This document shows, piece by piece, positions 52,655 through 64,000 of a stretch of 64,000 nt of DNA. Source of the stretch: Phoronis australis (taxonomy: Eukaryota > Animalia > Phoronida). The position numbers and the translations under genes are program-made. The notes under the pieces are model-generated. The model saw only the letters and a program-made list of their open reading frames with translations. It searched no databases and was not told the origin of the DNA. Where the stretch lies: positions 1-64,000 of the forward strand of contig NMRA01000024.1 of assembly GCA_002633005.1 (NCBI GenBank), written 5' to 3'. Every line of letters begins with the position of its first letter. Position 1 is the first letter of the stretch.

Positions 52655-53830
52655 TCGGTGCCTTGGATGATCTGCTCAATAAAGATGAAAACAAATTTGT
52701 GTCATGTTTGGGAAGTTAATGACTGATAATATCATTGGTGTACATGTACATGCGTAAGAGCTGTAGACTGTTGCCACTAGGTGGAACACAGAAAAAGTAA
52801 TTAGCCACACCAGAATTACATGTAATGTGACTGTTTTTGACTGAGATAGAAATGAAGACCTCTTTTAAATAAGATACGTTATCATCAAGGAAACTTTTTC
52901 TCATCAATACAAAACATGCAACTCGTTTATTTTTCCAATCTTTTAGTTCTCTCATAACTGAATCAGAAATAGTGAAATCCTCAGCTTAGCACAACAATTC
53001 ATTACAATGCGACTTCATTTTGGCAGTACAGGCCGGGGAAGATGTACCACTGAAGGAGGCACCCCTTCAAGTGATCTGTACTGAAATAGAAAATCAGTTG
53101 AAGGCTCTGATGCAAGCTTAAAAATCATACAGTTAGTCATTTAAAATACTCCAGTAACTTGTTAAAATTCATGAAAATTCACTTCCTTACTCTACTTGAA
53201 ATGAAACTGGCTTTCACTGCGCAAAAAGGCCCTAAAAATAGATATAAAGCGATCCAAAGACACTCGCATAATTTATTTACTTGGCTGCCATGACAAACCA
53301 CGTGGAAGTAGAAAAGTCCACAGATGTCATCAAACTTTGTATGTTTTGCGCACTCAACACTAGTTACATTTGTATTGCGATTGGTGCATTATTTAGAGGG
53401 GGTGGGTTAGTCATAAAACCGAACGAAAAATTTTTATTTTCTTTTTTCTTGATATAGAAATTTCGAATTTAATTTTAAATTTTACAAAAATAGGACTTCA
53501 GTAAAAATTCTTCGTCAAGATTCCAAAAATTTTACCATATTTTCGCACACAAATAACCTTCACACAACTTGGTAAGGACTATCCTATGTGGGCGAACTCG
53601 GTCACTTGCCGGTATGCCGTCCAGTTTGTGTGGTTGGAAAATTTTGAAATCAAGGTCGAAATCATATGTCCCGTGGAGTATGAAAATGCAGATGAAGTCC
53701 ATGAAAAGATTTGGAGATAGTAAACTGAATGTTTCTGGACCTGTTAATGTGAGTTTTGTTTGATCAGTTAAATTTTTACTCGCGTTAAAAATTTTTAAAT
53801 GTTGATGTTCAGCACGGCAAAATCACCGAC
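52655..53830. repeat. Interspersed repeat, homologous to 5618-6710
   Basis: Collinear shared blocks (see 5618-6710). Confidence 0.75.
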
Positions 53831-56293
53831 AGGCGGAAGTGACATCACCAGCCAAGATTTCAAAAGCGGTTTTAGATACATTCACATAACGCTTTTGTGC
53901 ACTTCGGGGGCATGTGACATTTGAATGCAGTCTCCTACACAGACTCACGAGATTGGTTGGGGTCTGCTACAGGGCACTTTTCCATTCGCATTCTTGGAAT
54001 ATCATTGGCTGTTCCGATTTCAAGAAACAAGGCATTCTATTGGTTAGTTATATAATAGGTCAAACTAGTTCACCAACATGGCGACTTCCAGTAAAAGAAT
54101 GTTGATGGATTTACAGCCGTCTCTCTGTTTTCATCAAACTCCCATATTTCAAAGCTAACGAGTCAAGGAAATTACGTCACCAGTAAAGTGTACGGAACAT
54201 GTTATGATAATTATCGTGTATACTATGCTGGATTCTGAAGTGATTGACTTTTTACGAAATAATTTGTGGAAGAAATTAGGCCACCTACAACAAGTTACAA
54301 CACTCTAACAGTCATTTTAGGCGTACTATAGCACCGAATACTGGGAAAGGAATAGCTGAGTGCGTCGCGGCCATGGGAGATTGTCTCGATCTTTTCAGAG
54401 TACACCCTCTCGTATGTTGACGTGTTCATTTACATTATATAAGCTCCCGTGAATACCGTGAAGGTTGAACTAGTGGGTTAGATAAGGATATATGCTGAAA
54501 TTCGGCTATTATTCATTGTCATTGCATAGTAGACTGGCACACTTGTCACTATTAACAGAAGAGCATAAAAATGCAGTCAATGGTTCTAAACACAAACATT
54601 AAGTAGTCTAGAAATAGTTTTATAATGACTGACATTATCGCTTTTGGCGGTGCCATTCAGCAATCACTGCCATCGACGGCATCGTACAGTCGTGCGGAGT
54701 GTTCAATTATTTCGGAATGTGTTTGTTGCTGTGAAATTAGGATTATACCCACTCTTTAGTATAATCAGCAAGATAAAACCTCACCCTTTTGTGAGTTGGC
54801 ACAGTCAATAAAACTGCTCCATTCTGGTGTGAGCCTCAATGGAATAGTCAACTTTTCTGATAACATAATTATGCAAAGTTATTATTTACAGGGAATTGAA
54901 TTTCAGCAAAAAGATGGACTGTATTCTTGTTCACTCAAGAAGCCTCAGTTGTATATGAAACATTGAGTGGTTTTGGTGCAAAATGGATCATTTTGTGCAG
55001 TTCGAACCTAAAAGCAAAAATTTTTGTGTGGAATTTATTTGGAAATTCGCCCTTTCATGGTGACTTTTGCAATGCCCGAGTCACTGGTCAGAGGGGCACA
55101 TTTGGTCATATGCAATCTATGCAAGTGTCCTCTCTCTCCTGGACCCTGACTCGTCAACTGTTTCATTTTTTTGCTTTCCATATTCACATGATGTCAAGTG
55201 TTGCAGTTTGCAACGATCTATTAATTTCAGTCTAATTGCAAAACCAGAACCATTCTAAAACATTCAGAAACTACTATGGTCATCTTGGAGTTAGACTTTG
55301 TAAGCAATCGAACTTTAAAAACCTGGTTCGTTGAAATGACTAGATGCAAAAACATCTCACATTTTAAAATTGGGAGGTCAGGGTACTTCAAAGATTTAAG
55401 TTGGGTCACTTAACCCAAATCGACGGTTTCTTGTGTGTTAGGTGGGTTGGATTGTTACTCAGGCAATAGTCACTCACTGGCAATCCGCATTTTGAGAACA
55501 TGTTTTAACGCCTGCTATTCAGTGAAAAACTGGTTCTCAAATTGGAGGTCCCCTGTATGTGACTATTACCATCATGCTTTGCTCAGTGTTTTTAGCAACA
55601 TGCTAGTGTTTCATTCTTGTGGTTATGATCTACATGATACAGCAGTGATTTTAGTCAACATTTCGGTCTTTTCGAAAAGTTTTTCAAAATTACAAATTTG
55701 ACTCTTATTGAGGGGGCCTCCTCGTGGCAAGAGTTGGGCAGAGTGAAATCCTTGAGAACATTCGCACTGGCAAACATCCTCACGTTGACTCAAAATTAAA
55801 AACCGTGACATCATTAATGTGTTCCTAGAAATATTACACTCATAAGCTACAAAACACAACATGCTAAGAAATTTGTCTAACATTGGGAACTTTATTTTTC
55901 TGATGTTTTGATTAGAAATATGGTCTAGTTTAAGGATAGACTGAAGTACTAAGTCTGGGCATTAACATAGCCATAGGGCGCACAACAAGGCTACACCCTC
56001 TTCATTACATACCCTTCCCCTGATAGAAACTCATTTCAGTTTTGTGCTTGCCTAGCTCCTCTGTCCCTGTCCCCTGTTCATGCAGTGCCTCCAGGTTGCC
56101 TCTCATTGCAGTCACAATCATTGGTCGCCAACAATTTCAAGTTTGGCAACCTCTGTTGAATAATTCTGACTACACCACTGGTGCTGGGGAATAGGTTATT
56201 AAAGACCCGACTTCCACTCAAGTTGCACATTCACTGCCTTGTGAAAGCATAGACCATTATGAAAGTAACACCTGGGCTCTGGGTTTCAATTTT

Positions 56294-56806
56294 AGTAATG
56301 TCTCTCCAAACTGTAAATGTGGTGACCATCAATCTTATCCTCATATTTTCTTCAAATGTCCCCTCATCGAATCCCTGAGAGACTCACTCTTTCGTGCACT
56401 CAATGATAACCAATCAATTGTTAACGCTCTCAATTCTTGTAATAATATCCCTACTAGAGTTACATTATTACTGAATGGTAGTCCTAACCTTGACTTTGTT
56501 CTAAACGAATTCCTCCTAAGCAACGTTAGCAAATTTTTATGTACCGTTTATCAATATTGTTGCATCTCATTTCCCTACATGAATCTGTAAATATTTTTGT
56601 TTTTATATATCTGCAATAGCATGTCTAAGTATTGGAATACTTATTTTAGATACTACTTAATTGTATGTACCTCTATGTATATAAGTTTCATTTATGAATT
56701 GTTTACAACCCAGATATAATGCTTCGCGGTTTCTGGGTTTGTTATTATTTCTTTGTATGTTCTGTGTATCCTTCAATAAATATATATCACAGTGAAAAAA
56801 AAAATA
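56294..56806 (+). mobile_element. 5'-truncated LINE 3' end flanked by a ~35-bp direct repeat
   Basis: HIFFKCP...LLLNGSPNL...NVSKFL resembles a LINE ORF2 C-terminus. AATAAA and an A-tail follow. ATGAAAGTAACACCTGGGC.CTGGGTTTCAATTTT occurs at 56259 and 56807. Confidence 0.7.
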
Positions 56807-57668
56807 ATGAAAGTAACACCTGGGCACTGGGTTTCAATTTTTACTCAAAATTTTTTGTTATTCTCCATTCTACTTTTGTTTGAACTCGAGATAAGTTTCT
56901 TTTATTCTATATTTGAGTGCTTATTGATGGCAATTAATAATCCCAGTATTAGAGCTAAAAGTTCGAGTCTGAGTTCGAGGTTTTACAAGAAATCTTAATT
57001 TTTTACTCAAATTTTAGTTCGAATCTAGTGGTCATTAAGTACTATCTTGATCTCGCAAGAAAGTGGACTGGAAGTGACAAAAACAATTTTGAGTTCGATT
57101 TGGATTGAAAGCTTCACTCTAGAGGTGTATTCCCAAACATGATCACATAATCCCTTTTCAGGGTTTTAAATCAATCCATATAAGACTGGGCTAGAATATG
57201 TTTAGCCCAAAAAGCATTTAAATACATGGTGGAGAATAAGAAAACATCTGTACTAAACTGTATTGAAAAAGTGAACCTTTTTAAGTTCCTTATACACAAA
57301 GTGTACCATTTTTCAAGCTGCTATTAATTCAACCTCTTATTAGAACCATCATGTAACAATATAAGATTGGTCTTGTACTAACAATGTTGTTTTTGGCCAA
57401 AATAGTAGCTAGTAAATCTAATCACAATTGCTCGCATGAAGATTGGCATGTACAGCAGTTGGATTTGAAACTAGTGTCCAGTGTCAATCTTCACGTGTGT
57501 GCTCATGGTTAGACTCTTGATCTCATACTGTTCCTTACTGAGATTACACGTGGCATATTGGCTTCCGTTGAACTGATAGTTTGTTATTGCTTAAGACCTG
57601 GTGCAATAACTATGGCTTTGAGAAGAAACAAAGTTTCAATTATTTCAAGTCCACTAAGGAACAAGTAG

Positions 57669-58161
57669 CAGGGCTTGGAATTTTCCGCGGAAACGCGGAT
57701 TTCCGCTTTTTTGAAATGCGCTTTCCGCTTTTTTTATATTTCCGCGTAAAAAAAAATCGGATTTGATATGAAATTTCCGCGGCAAATTCCTTTCTTACCG
57801 CGGCGTTGCAGACGACGTTCATCTCGGAGAGCGGAAGTTGCTCTTTATGTTTCGGAGGAACGTAAATTGTCAACATTGCTGGGTAAAGCGTGGTGTGGTT
57901 TTCAATGGCGGCTCGTGTTATTGTTAAGCGCGGCAACAAATACTACCGCTCTGCAGCCAAAATTGTGTGGGTTGGGAGCGGACGGGCGAGCGAAAAGGAC
58001 GCAGACGCATGCTACTGATGGTGGTAACGTTTTTTTTTTTTTAGTCCTCCCGATTTTTGTCGCGGAAAGGTTCACATTGACCATTTCAAAGGCTGGTTAT
58101 CGGGCATGATTTGGGCCGTAAAACTTTCCGCGTTTTTTGTCATTGGTTATTCCAAGCCCTG
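57669..58161. mobile_element. hAT-like MITE with 6-bp TSD
   Basis: CAGGGCTTGGAAT ... ATTCCAAGCCCTG flanked by AAGTAG. A second identical left end starts at 58183. Confidence 0.8.
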
Positions 58162-58271
58162 AAGTAGAGACAGGGATATATACAGGGCTTGGAATTTTCC
58201 TCTTTTAAGAGGATTTCCTATTTTTTGCTTTTATTTCCTCTCATTTGATTTCCAGCTTCTTTTTATCATTA

Positions 58272-59244
58272 CCGTATTCGCCGTAATAACCGCCCATGCC
58301 CCTATAAGCGCCCCCCCACGCGTTTTCAGACTTTGCTGAAATAAGCGCCCAGTCCATGAACGTGTACACGAGAACAATGACGTACCTACAGTCCTAAAAC
58401 TCGGCTACAGTAACGTCTTAAATTTATCAAAAAAATTTTGCACGGGTCTACTAGACCACCAGCGGCACTGCTACGTTTGTATTTAGCCGTGACTTTACAC
58501 TTCAAAGTAACGCAGCGCTTGAAAAAGAACACAACAGCGTTGCTACGCTCTCGCGACGACTCGTGTCCCACTACATGTATGTGGTCTGACCTTTCAGTAG
58601 ACACATCGACTGTCTCATGAATAAAAATAACTTGTTGAACGCACGTGGCCAGGAAGCGCGCGATACATACATGAACCTGTCATCAAAGACATTAGTCGGG
58701 AACTATCTATTCATGAAACGGGTAGCATAGCATCGGTAAGAAATGAATATTGGCACTAATTTCCGAGAATTTCTAATAGGCCTACTATAACACATGTTTG
58801 CGTTATTTTTGAGATGGATTGTTTGATTAACCATAATTGATGTTTTTAAGCCGAATATCCAATAAAATGACAACTGACAGTGAATGCTTACACACCCTTA
58901 CACCGAAAAATAACTGTCAGACATTCACGTACGCACCCAGCCACACGGCGACTAATATGGCCCTTACCGAGACAAATGTCGAAAGTTTTTAGCACGAGAC
59001 TGGCAAGTGCTGAATGAAACACGCTCTGGTTTAGGCCTATTGCTTGTGCAAATTTCTTTAGACACATCTAGCTAGTTAGATTGCATGGCTCTGGCCAAAA
59101 GACAGTCTCTGCTTTGGCAAATGAACTGACACGCACACGCTCGCTTACTCGCAGACGAACTTCAAAACAAACGTCACGTGACAACAACATGTGTGTTCGT
59201 CCATTTTTCTCGCCGTGTTGCCGATCATACATGTAGATGGCACG
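58272..59244. mobile_element. Inverted copy of the 39150-40563 element, cut by the N at 59245
   Basis: TA|CCGTATTCGCC terminus and reverse-complement similarity to about 39580-40563. Confidence 0.8.
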
Positions 59245-59537
59245 NCTTTGCTACCAGCTCTACCGATGTCTCTGACCCATGTTTAACGCAGTTCTTGATC
59301 CTTGGAAAACAGGTAGTAACTGAATTTTTTATTTCGCTAACTGGTACTATAGCATGCCGGGCACACAACACGTATAACCTCCCTGTGGCCGGTTCGCCCC
59401 CACGCTTGCCGACGTACTTGTTTACCGACTTAACCACAATGCAACATTCTGACCCATTTCCAATATGGCGGCGTTGCAACTCCGCTATTCATACCGCTGG
59501 CCAGTCGCATAATGACAAGCGGCGATAATACACTCAC

Positions 59538-59757
59538 CTGGCTTCAGCTTCGGTGCAGCCACCTTAGACACGGCTGACTTTTCCCTGCCCACCATCCGTG
59601 GGTGCTTGGCTGATCCCACCCCCGTGGCACCACGTCTACTCAGTGCGTCGTACTCTTCATTTCCCCCATAGTTGGTATCAAAGAACTTCTTGAACCACTG
59701 TAGGAACTCAAAGTTAGCCTGGAAGCTTCCCTTCACCAATTTCTCAATGGGAATGAC
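59538..59757 (-). CDS. MAPRE: EB1/MAPRE family exon (end of CH domain and linker), divergent
   Basis: GCACAG acceptor, [38 protein letters not shown] donor. The phase-0 start matches the usual EB1 intron before IIPVDKLVKG. Confidence 0.85.
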
Positions 59758-61989
59758 CTGTGCATGGATAACCAATTCCGTTACACCAAACTGATACTCA
59801 CAATAACAATAAGGCTGGCTACTAGGTGGCGTGGCAAGTTCCACCGTAACGTATCACCGATTTCCTTCAGAAATAAAGGCCAAAAATTGTCTTATTTCAA
59901 TTTTGAAAGTCTTCCGGCAACGTTCGGAAAGTCCGCAATTTTTAGAAAGCTTGTCCCGAACGTGCAATTTTGCCAAGTACCATGACTCCATGAAATGCAG
60001 AGAAGCAAACAGAGAAGTACAAATGCGAGACCAGGGTTCAGCTCCGCAAAACCGTAAGACATTAGCTTGCAATCATGATAAATCTTTCCTCTTGGAACAT
60101 TAACATTAAATTCCAAACCATAAATTAAGGTTACATGTACCCCTAATTAAATGTTTTTATTCTTCTTCAAAAAACTAACTTAAAGTAACTAGCGACTGTC
60201 AACTCGTAAAAGTGTAAATTTTCTGAAACTGGGAATCGAGACAAATTTAATAGTGTCATTCACACCTCTGCACTGAAGTCACTTCATGACGTGAACACAT
60301 ACACTAAAACAAGAAACTGTAGGAACACCACATTTATCCACCTTCACTCTTATCAGGCTTCTATTGCGAGTCAGCATGCGTGAATAATTGGCTGATAAGC
60401 CACCTCTGGAACTACTTTTGGCTGAACGGATGACCAGGCCATAAAATGATAATTAGCCAAGACCAGTTACTATAATGCAACAAAGAATAATATCTTGCAT
60501 CACCTAGCCTTGGTGGAAAGCTGTATACTGTATTGGCTCAAACGCTTAGAAAAATTCATTTCACGGGGAGGGGACGCTTATTGTAGTGAGCCTACGGCAG
60601 TTGAAACCCGGTTTCCCAAACGGGTAAAATCGGAAGCTAGGATTCATCAAATTTACGCTCTGTGATGTAGTTGTAGCCTATGACAGCCTTTCTACAAAAT
60701 TGTGGTGCATTGCTATCAACTTCCGTTGTTAAATTACAATAATTTTTCAAAAAATTGTGCTCATCACAGGACCAAAACTTGCCGACTGATGAAAAAAAAT
60801 ATAGTTTCGACTCAACAAATTACCTGAAATCTTCCTTATGTTTTACAATTTTTAAAGTTGATGTGGAGTCCATATTAATTGCGATTTAGTTCAAATCTGC
60901 GCTACAACGTACGACACAACACGAGAAAAATCTCTGGATGAACACACATGTTGTTGTCACGTGACGTTTGTTTTGAAGTTCGTCTGCGTATGAGAGTGAG
61001 TGAGCGTGCGTGTGCGGGTCATCGACGATAGACTCTTTTGTTACAAAAGGCGGAGGATTATGCAGGAAAATGGCGTTTACTAGATTGTTTTTCACTTAAA
61101 CGGCTGTAACGTGCAAGGTGAGTGCTGGTTAACTCACAGATTTTGTGTGAACAGGCCGACTGTCGTTAGCTCTGCCGTGGAGTATTAATAGTCCAACTTC
61201 CAAGGCTCGATCTACATGTTGGGGACGAAATGAACTACCCGGGCTGTGTGAAATTTCTGGGTCTAACCTAGACACTGACGCAGTGGTCAGTCAGATCGCT
61301 GTATCAAGACTATAGTCAAAATCCAAATTCGTTTTATCGTGTCCCTGTCAATAATAACGGCATGTTAAAGCCTTCTTAATTTTCATACTTCAGGAACATT
61401 ACAATCACGTGTTTTGTACACATACGCGCACGCCGCAGATCACATCTCGGAAATTGCCGATTTGACGGATGACAATGAATGAACACAATGAAATTAACAA
61501 CGTCGTTTTACAGCTTGTAAGATTCATAATAAACGTATTTTGAATATTGCAATGCATGTGTTCCAAAATCTAAATAACTTGGGTCCTATATTTTTGTATT
61601 AGTGCACGCCGAATGGAAATATAAATGTGAGTGTTGCCGTTTTCAAAATCTCTTATCCTGGGCCGATTTGAAAAATTCAAAGTTGTACTCATATTTGTTT
61701 TCGCTCCTCTTTTCAAATATTACAGTAAAAACTATGTAAACTCTCTCCATAAAAAGTACAGTCTGCTAGCTGGATTATAATCAGCTGATCATATCCGCAT
61801 GAGCGAAGCCAATTTCCTCGCTCGTGACTCGATGACTAGAACAGCTTGGCGGCATCCCTTTGATCGTGAGCCGAGCGCGACTCAGCCAAGGTGGATAAAT
61901 ACGGTCTAGTTCAATTTTCCATACCCCACCGTTTACCTTAACCACTGGGGTTAGAACCAATTTTATTTAGTGGGAATGTTCATAGCATG

Positions 61990-62295
61990 GCAAAGTAGTT
62001 CGAATGGATGAAAAACCGGCAGGACAGCATCACGTCACTAATAGAAGCCTAACTGCCAAATCATATGAAAATCCGTTGAGGCCTTCAAAGATAAGGAGGC
62101 AAGCATAAAAAGCTAAAACTGCAGCCACTAAAGGCACGCCACTAAGGGCACGCCACTAGTCAGAGAGGTCCGAACTTCGTTGTCATTTGTCGTCAATTTT
62201 ATAGGAACACATCTAGAAAATCCCATCAAGATCTTTGAGGGGTTTAAGAGATGCAGACGCCAGCACTGGATGCCTGGACAGAGCTGACAGCAATA
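61990..62295 (-). mobile_element. HINE-like fragment (same family as 42177-43800; another at about 50985-51480)
   Basis: Recognisable subunits (CCAAATCATATGAAAATCC, ATCAAGATC). Confidence 0.55.
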
Positions 62296-64000
62296 TCCAG
62301 TGATGTCGAAGCAAATTTACTGATCAACCACTTTCAAGTCTCCACCTAGACGTATTCTTTGTTTAGGTTCTAGAACTGAACATGGTAATTTTGCAGCCTT
62401 CACAGGAAAAAAAACATCTTCAGCAACCATAAGACATTCCAAATTGTATGTAGCTGTTAATACTATGACATTCTCCCTGTTCTCTAAGTGAAGAGGAGAA
62501 AATATGTTATCACAGAATTGTGTTACGGTATTAACTTTTCACTGCCTACTTTCAGTGCACAAGAGACAGCGAAGGACCTGATACACCATTTTCCCAGTGA
62601 ACTGTCAACGCCATACAGTTCATTTTCCCATGTGTGTGCACTTTCTAAAACAAAATTAAAAATGATAAACTGTAAAGCAGTGCGTGCAAAAAGTTTCCTG
62701 TAATATGAGAACAAAACTAATGCATGGGTAGAAGCTAATTGGATCATGGATGGAAAAGGTGGATCCCATATGGCATTTTCGTCAAATGAAAACACAAGGA
62801 TCAGACAACCGTCTGGAAACTGCATGGTCATTGAGTTTCTGATATGCTATTCTGAAGGCTTACAATCTGCAGATTGAACTACAATGCCCATTATTGGCTG
62901 AGGATATTGAGCTTGACATTGAAAAATGTCTGCCTCCAGAACTTAACCGAATTTCTTAGTGTGCTGATGACTAGGAAAAGGCGTGTCAGCTGAAGTGAAA
63001 ATTTCAAGTGATTGCTTTGCTGTATGTAAAGTCATCATAAATGAAAAGCCGAAATTACCGAAGTGAGCTATAGCTCCCGATGACACTGGCATTTTTGATA
63101 TTCTGCTGAATTATACCTATACATTTGTCACGTCAATAAATTTGATTACAAAGCTGTACACAGAGTGCGGAAAGCAACAAAGTCCTTAGGGAAAGGATGA
63201 TTATGAATATCTACATGTGTCCTATAAATACACAAGAGAAGTTTGCACCAGTGAGTTTAAAAGTAATGGAATCTTGGCATTGACAGCGGTGAGAGTTATC
63301 ACTGTTTGAAAGAGTTCATCTGCCTCATGTGCGGTAAAGGTCGAAGCCTGGGTACAACATGAGGAACCCTGTCCAGCTGAAAATTGACCGTCAGACGGCT
63401 CTCGTCCGACGGTTGGAGTTTGCTAATGCGAACACAATAGCCCATTCAATTCAGGCCAGCTGCTTGGGCTGCTTGGTCACGTACGTAATCTCTTAATGAC
63501 ACCTCATTATGTCATAAAACTACGTGCCTGTCCACTGTTAGCAAAAAAACGGTTATCTTAAAACCATACCTATCTGACCGGATTTCTCGCGCAAAACTAA
63601 GCAGTTTAGAACTTCGAAATTTCTTTCTAGGCCAGAAAATAAAGTTTTTATTAATATTAAAATGTACCGCGTTTTGTGAGAGCAGAGCGTAGGAATTTAC
63701 AAAGGTCATTGTGATTAGTCTACATGCCACAACTTTTATTTCTATCTAAAAGATCAAATATTCCATAATAAATTTGTTTCAATAAAAACTAAGATGTAAA
63801 TTACTTCTATGAATACAAGATGTTACTCAATAAGAGAAATAAATTGTTAAAATTGTAATGGCAATTGAGAACTCGTTTTTGTGCGTAGGTGTACACTCGT
63901 CATTTTCCGAAGTAAACATCTCCACGTGGTTCAGTTGCGGGTTCCATGTGTTGTGAGTAGGTAGTGAATATCCTATGGCGGATTTTTTCAAAGTAGGCGA

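Noticed and set aside
55260-55520. Possible third THAP remnant on the minus strand (SIWVK...SSHFNE)
   Set aside because: Too degenerate. I could not confirm the Cys ligands or element ends.
60330-60350. RVKVDK as the end of the upstream EB1 exon
   Set aside because: No GT donor follows and the preceding sequence has no CH-domain similarity.

Overview
Eukaryotic, AT-rich, repeat-dense genomic DNA, most likely a marine invertebrate (an echinoderm or hemichordate is my guess from the repeat landscape, not proven). It has one 982-N gap (17342-18323) and six single-N joins. The main host gene is a minus-strand gene of 12 coding exons (50128 to 22746) that I assembled by hand. All introns are GT-AG, all phases match, and the product is about 402 aa: signal peptide, about three TNF-receptor cysteine-rich repeats, an Ig domain, a transmembrane helix and a short tail with no death domain ending in an IYDEP motif. 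One divergent EB1/MAPRE calponin-homology exon lies upstream on the same strand. The rest is mostly mobile DNA: two Kolobok derivatives with THAP and KolX (P2X7-tail-like) remnants, one of them a 2.77-kb near-complete palindrome; two Penelope-like relics with inverted hammerhead-like ends; a Gypsy insertion with a 74-bp LTR present in only one of two duplicated copies; Gypsy RT, Academ-like and LINE relics; Helentron/HINE-like elements; MITEs and tRNA-derived SINEs. No database searches were run, so family calls rest on recognised motifs.
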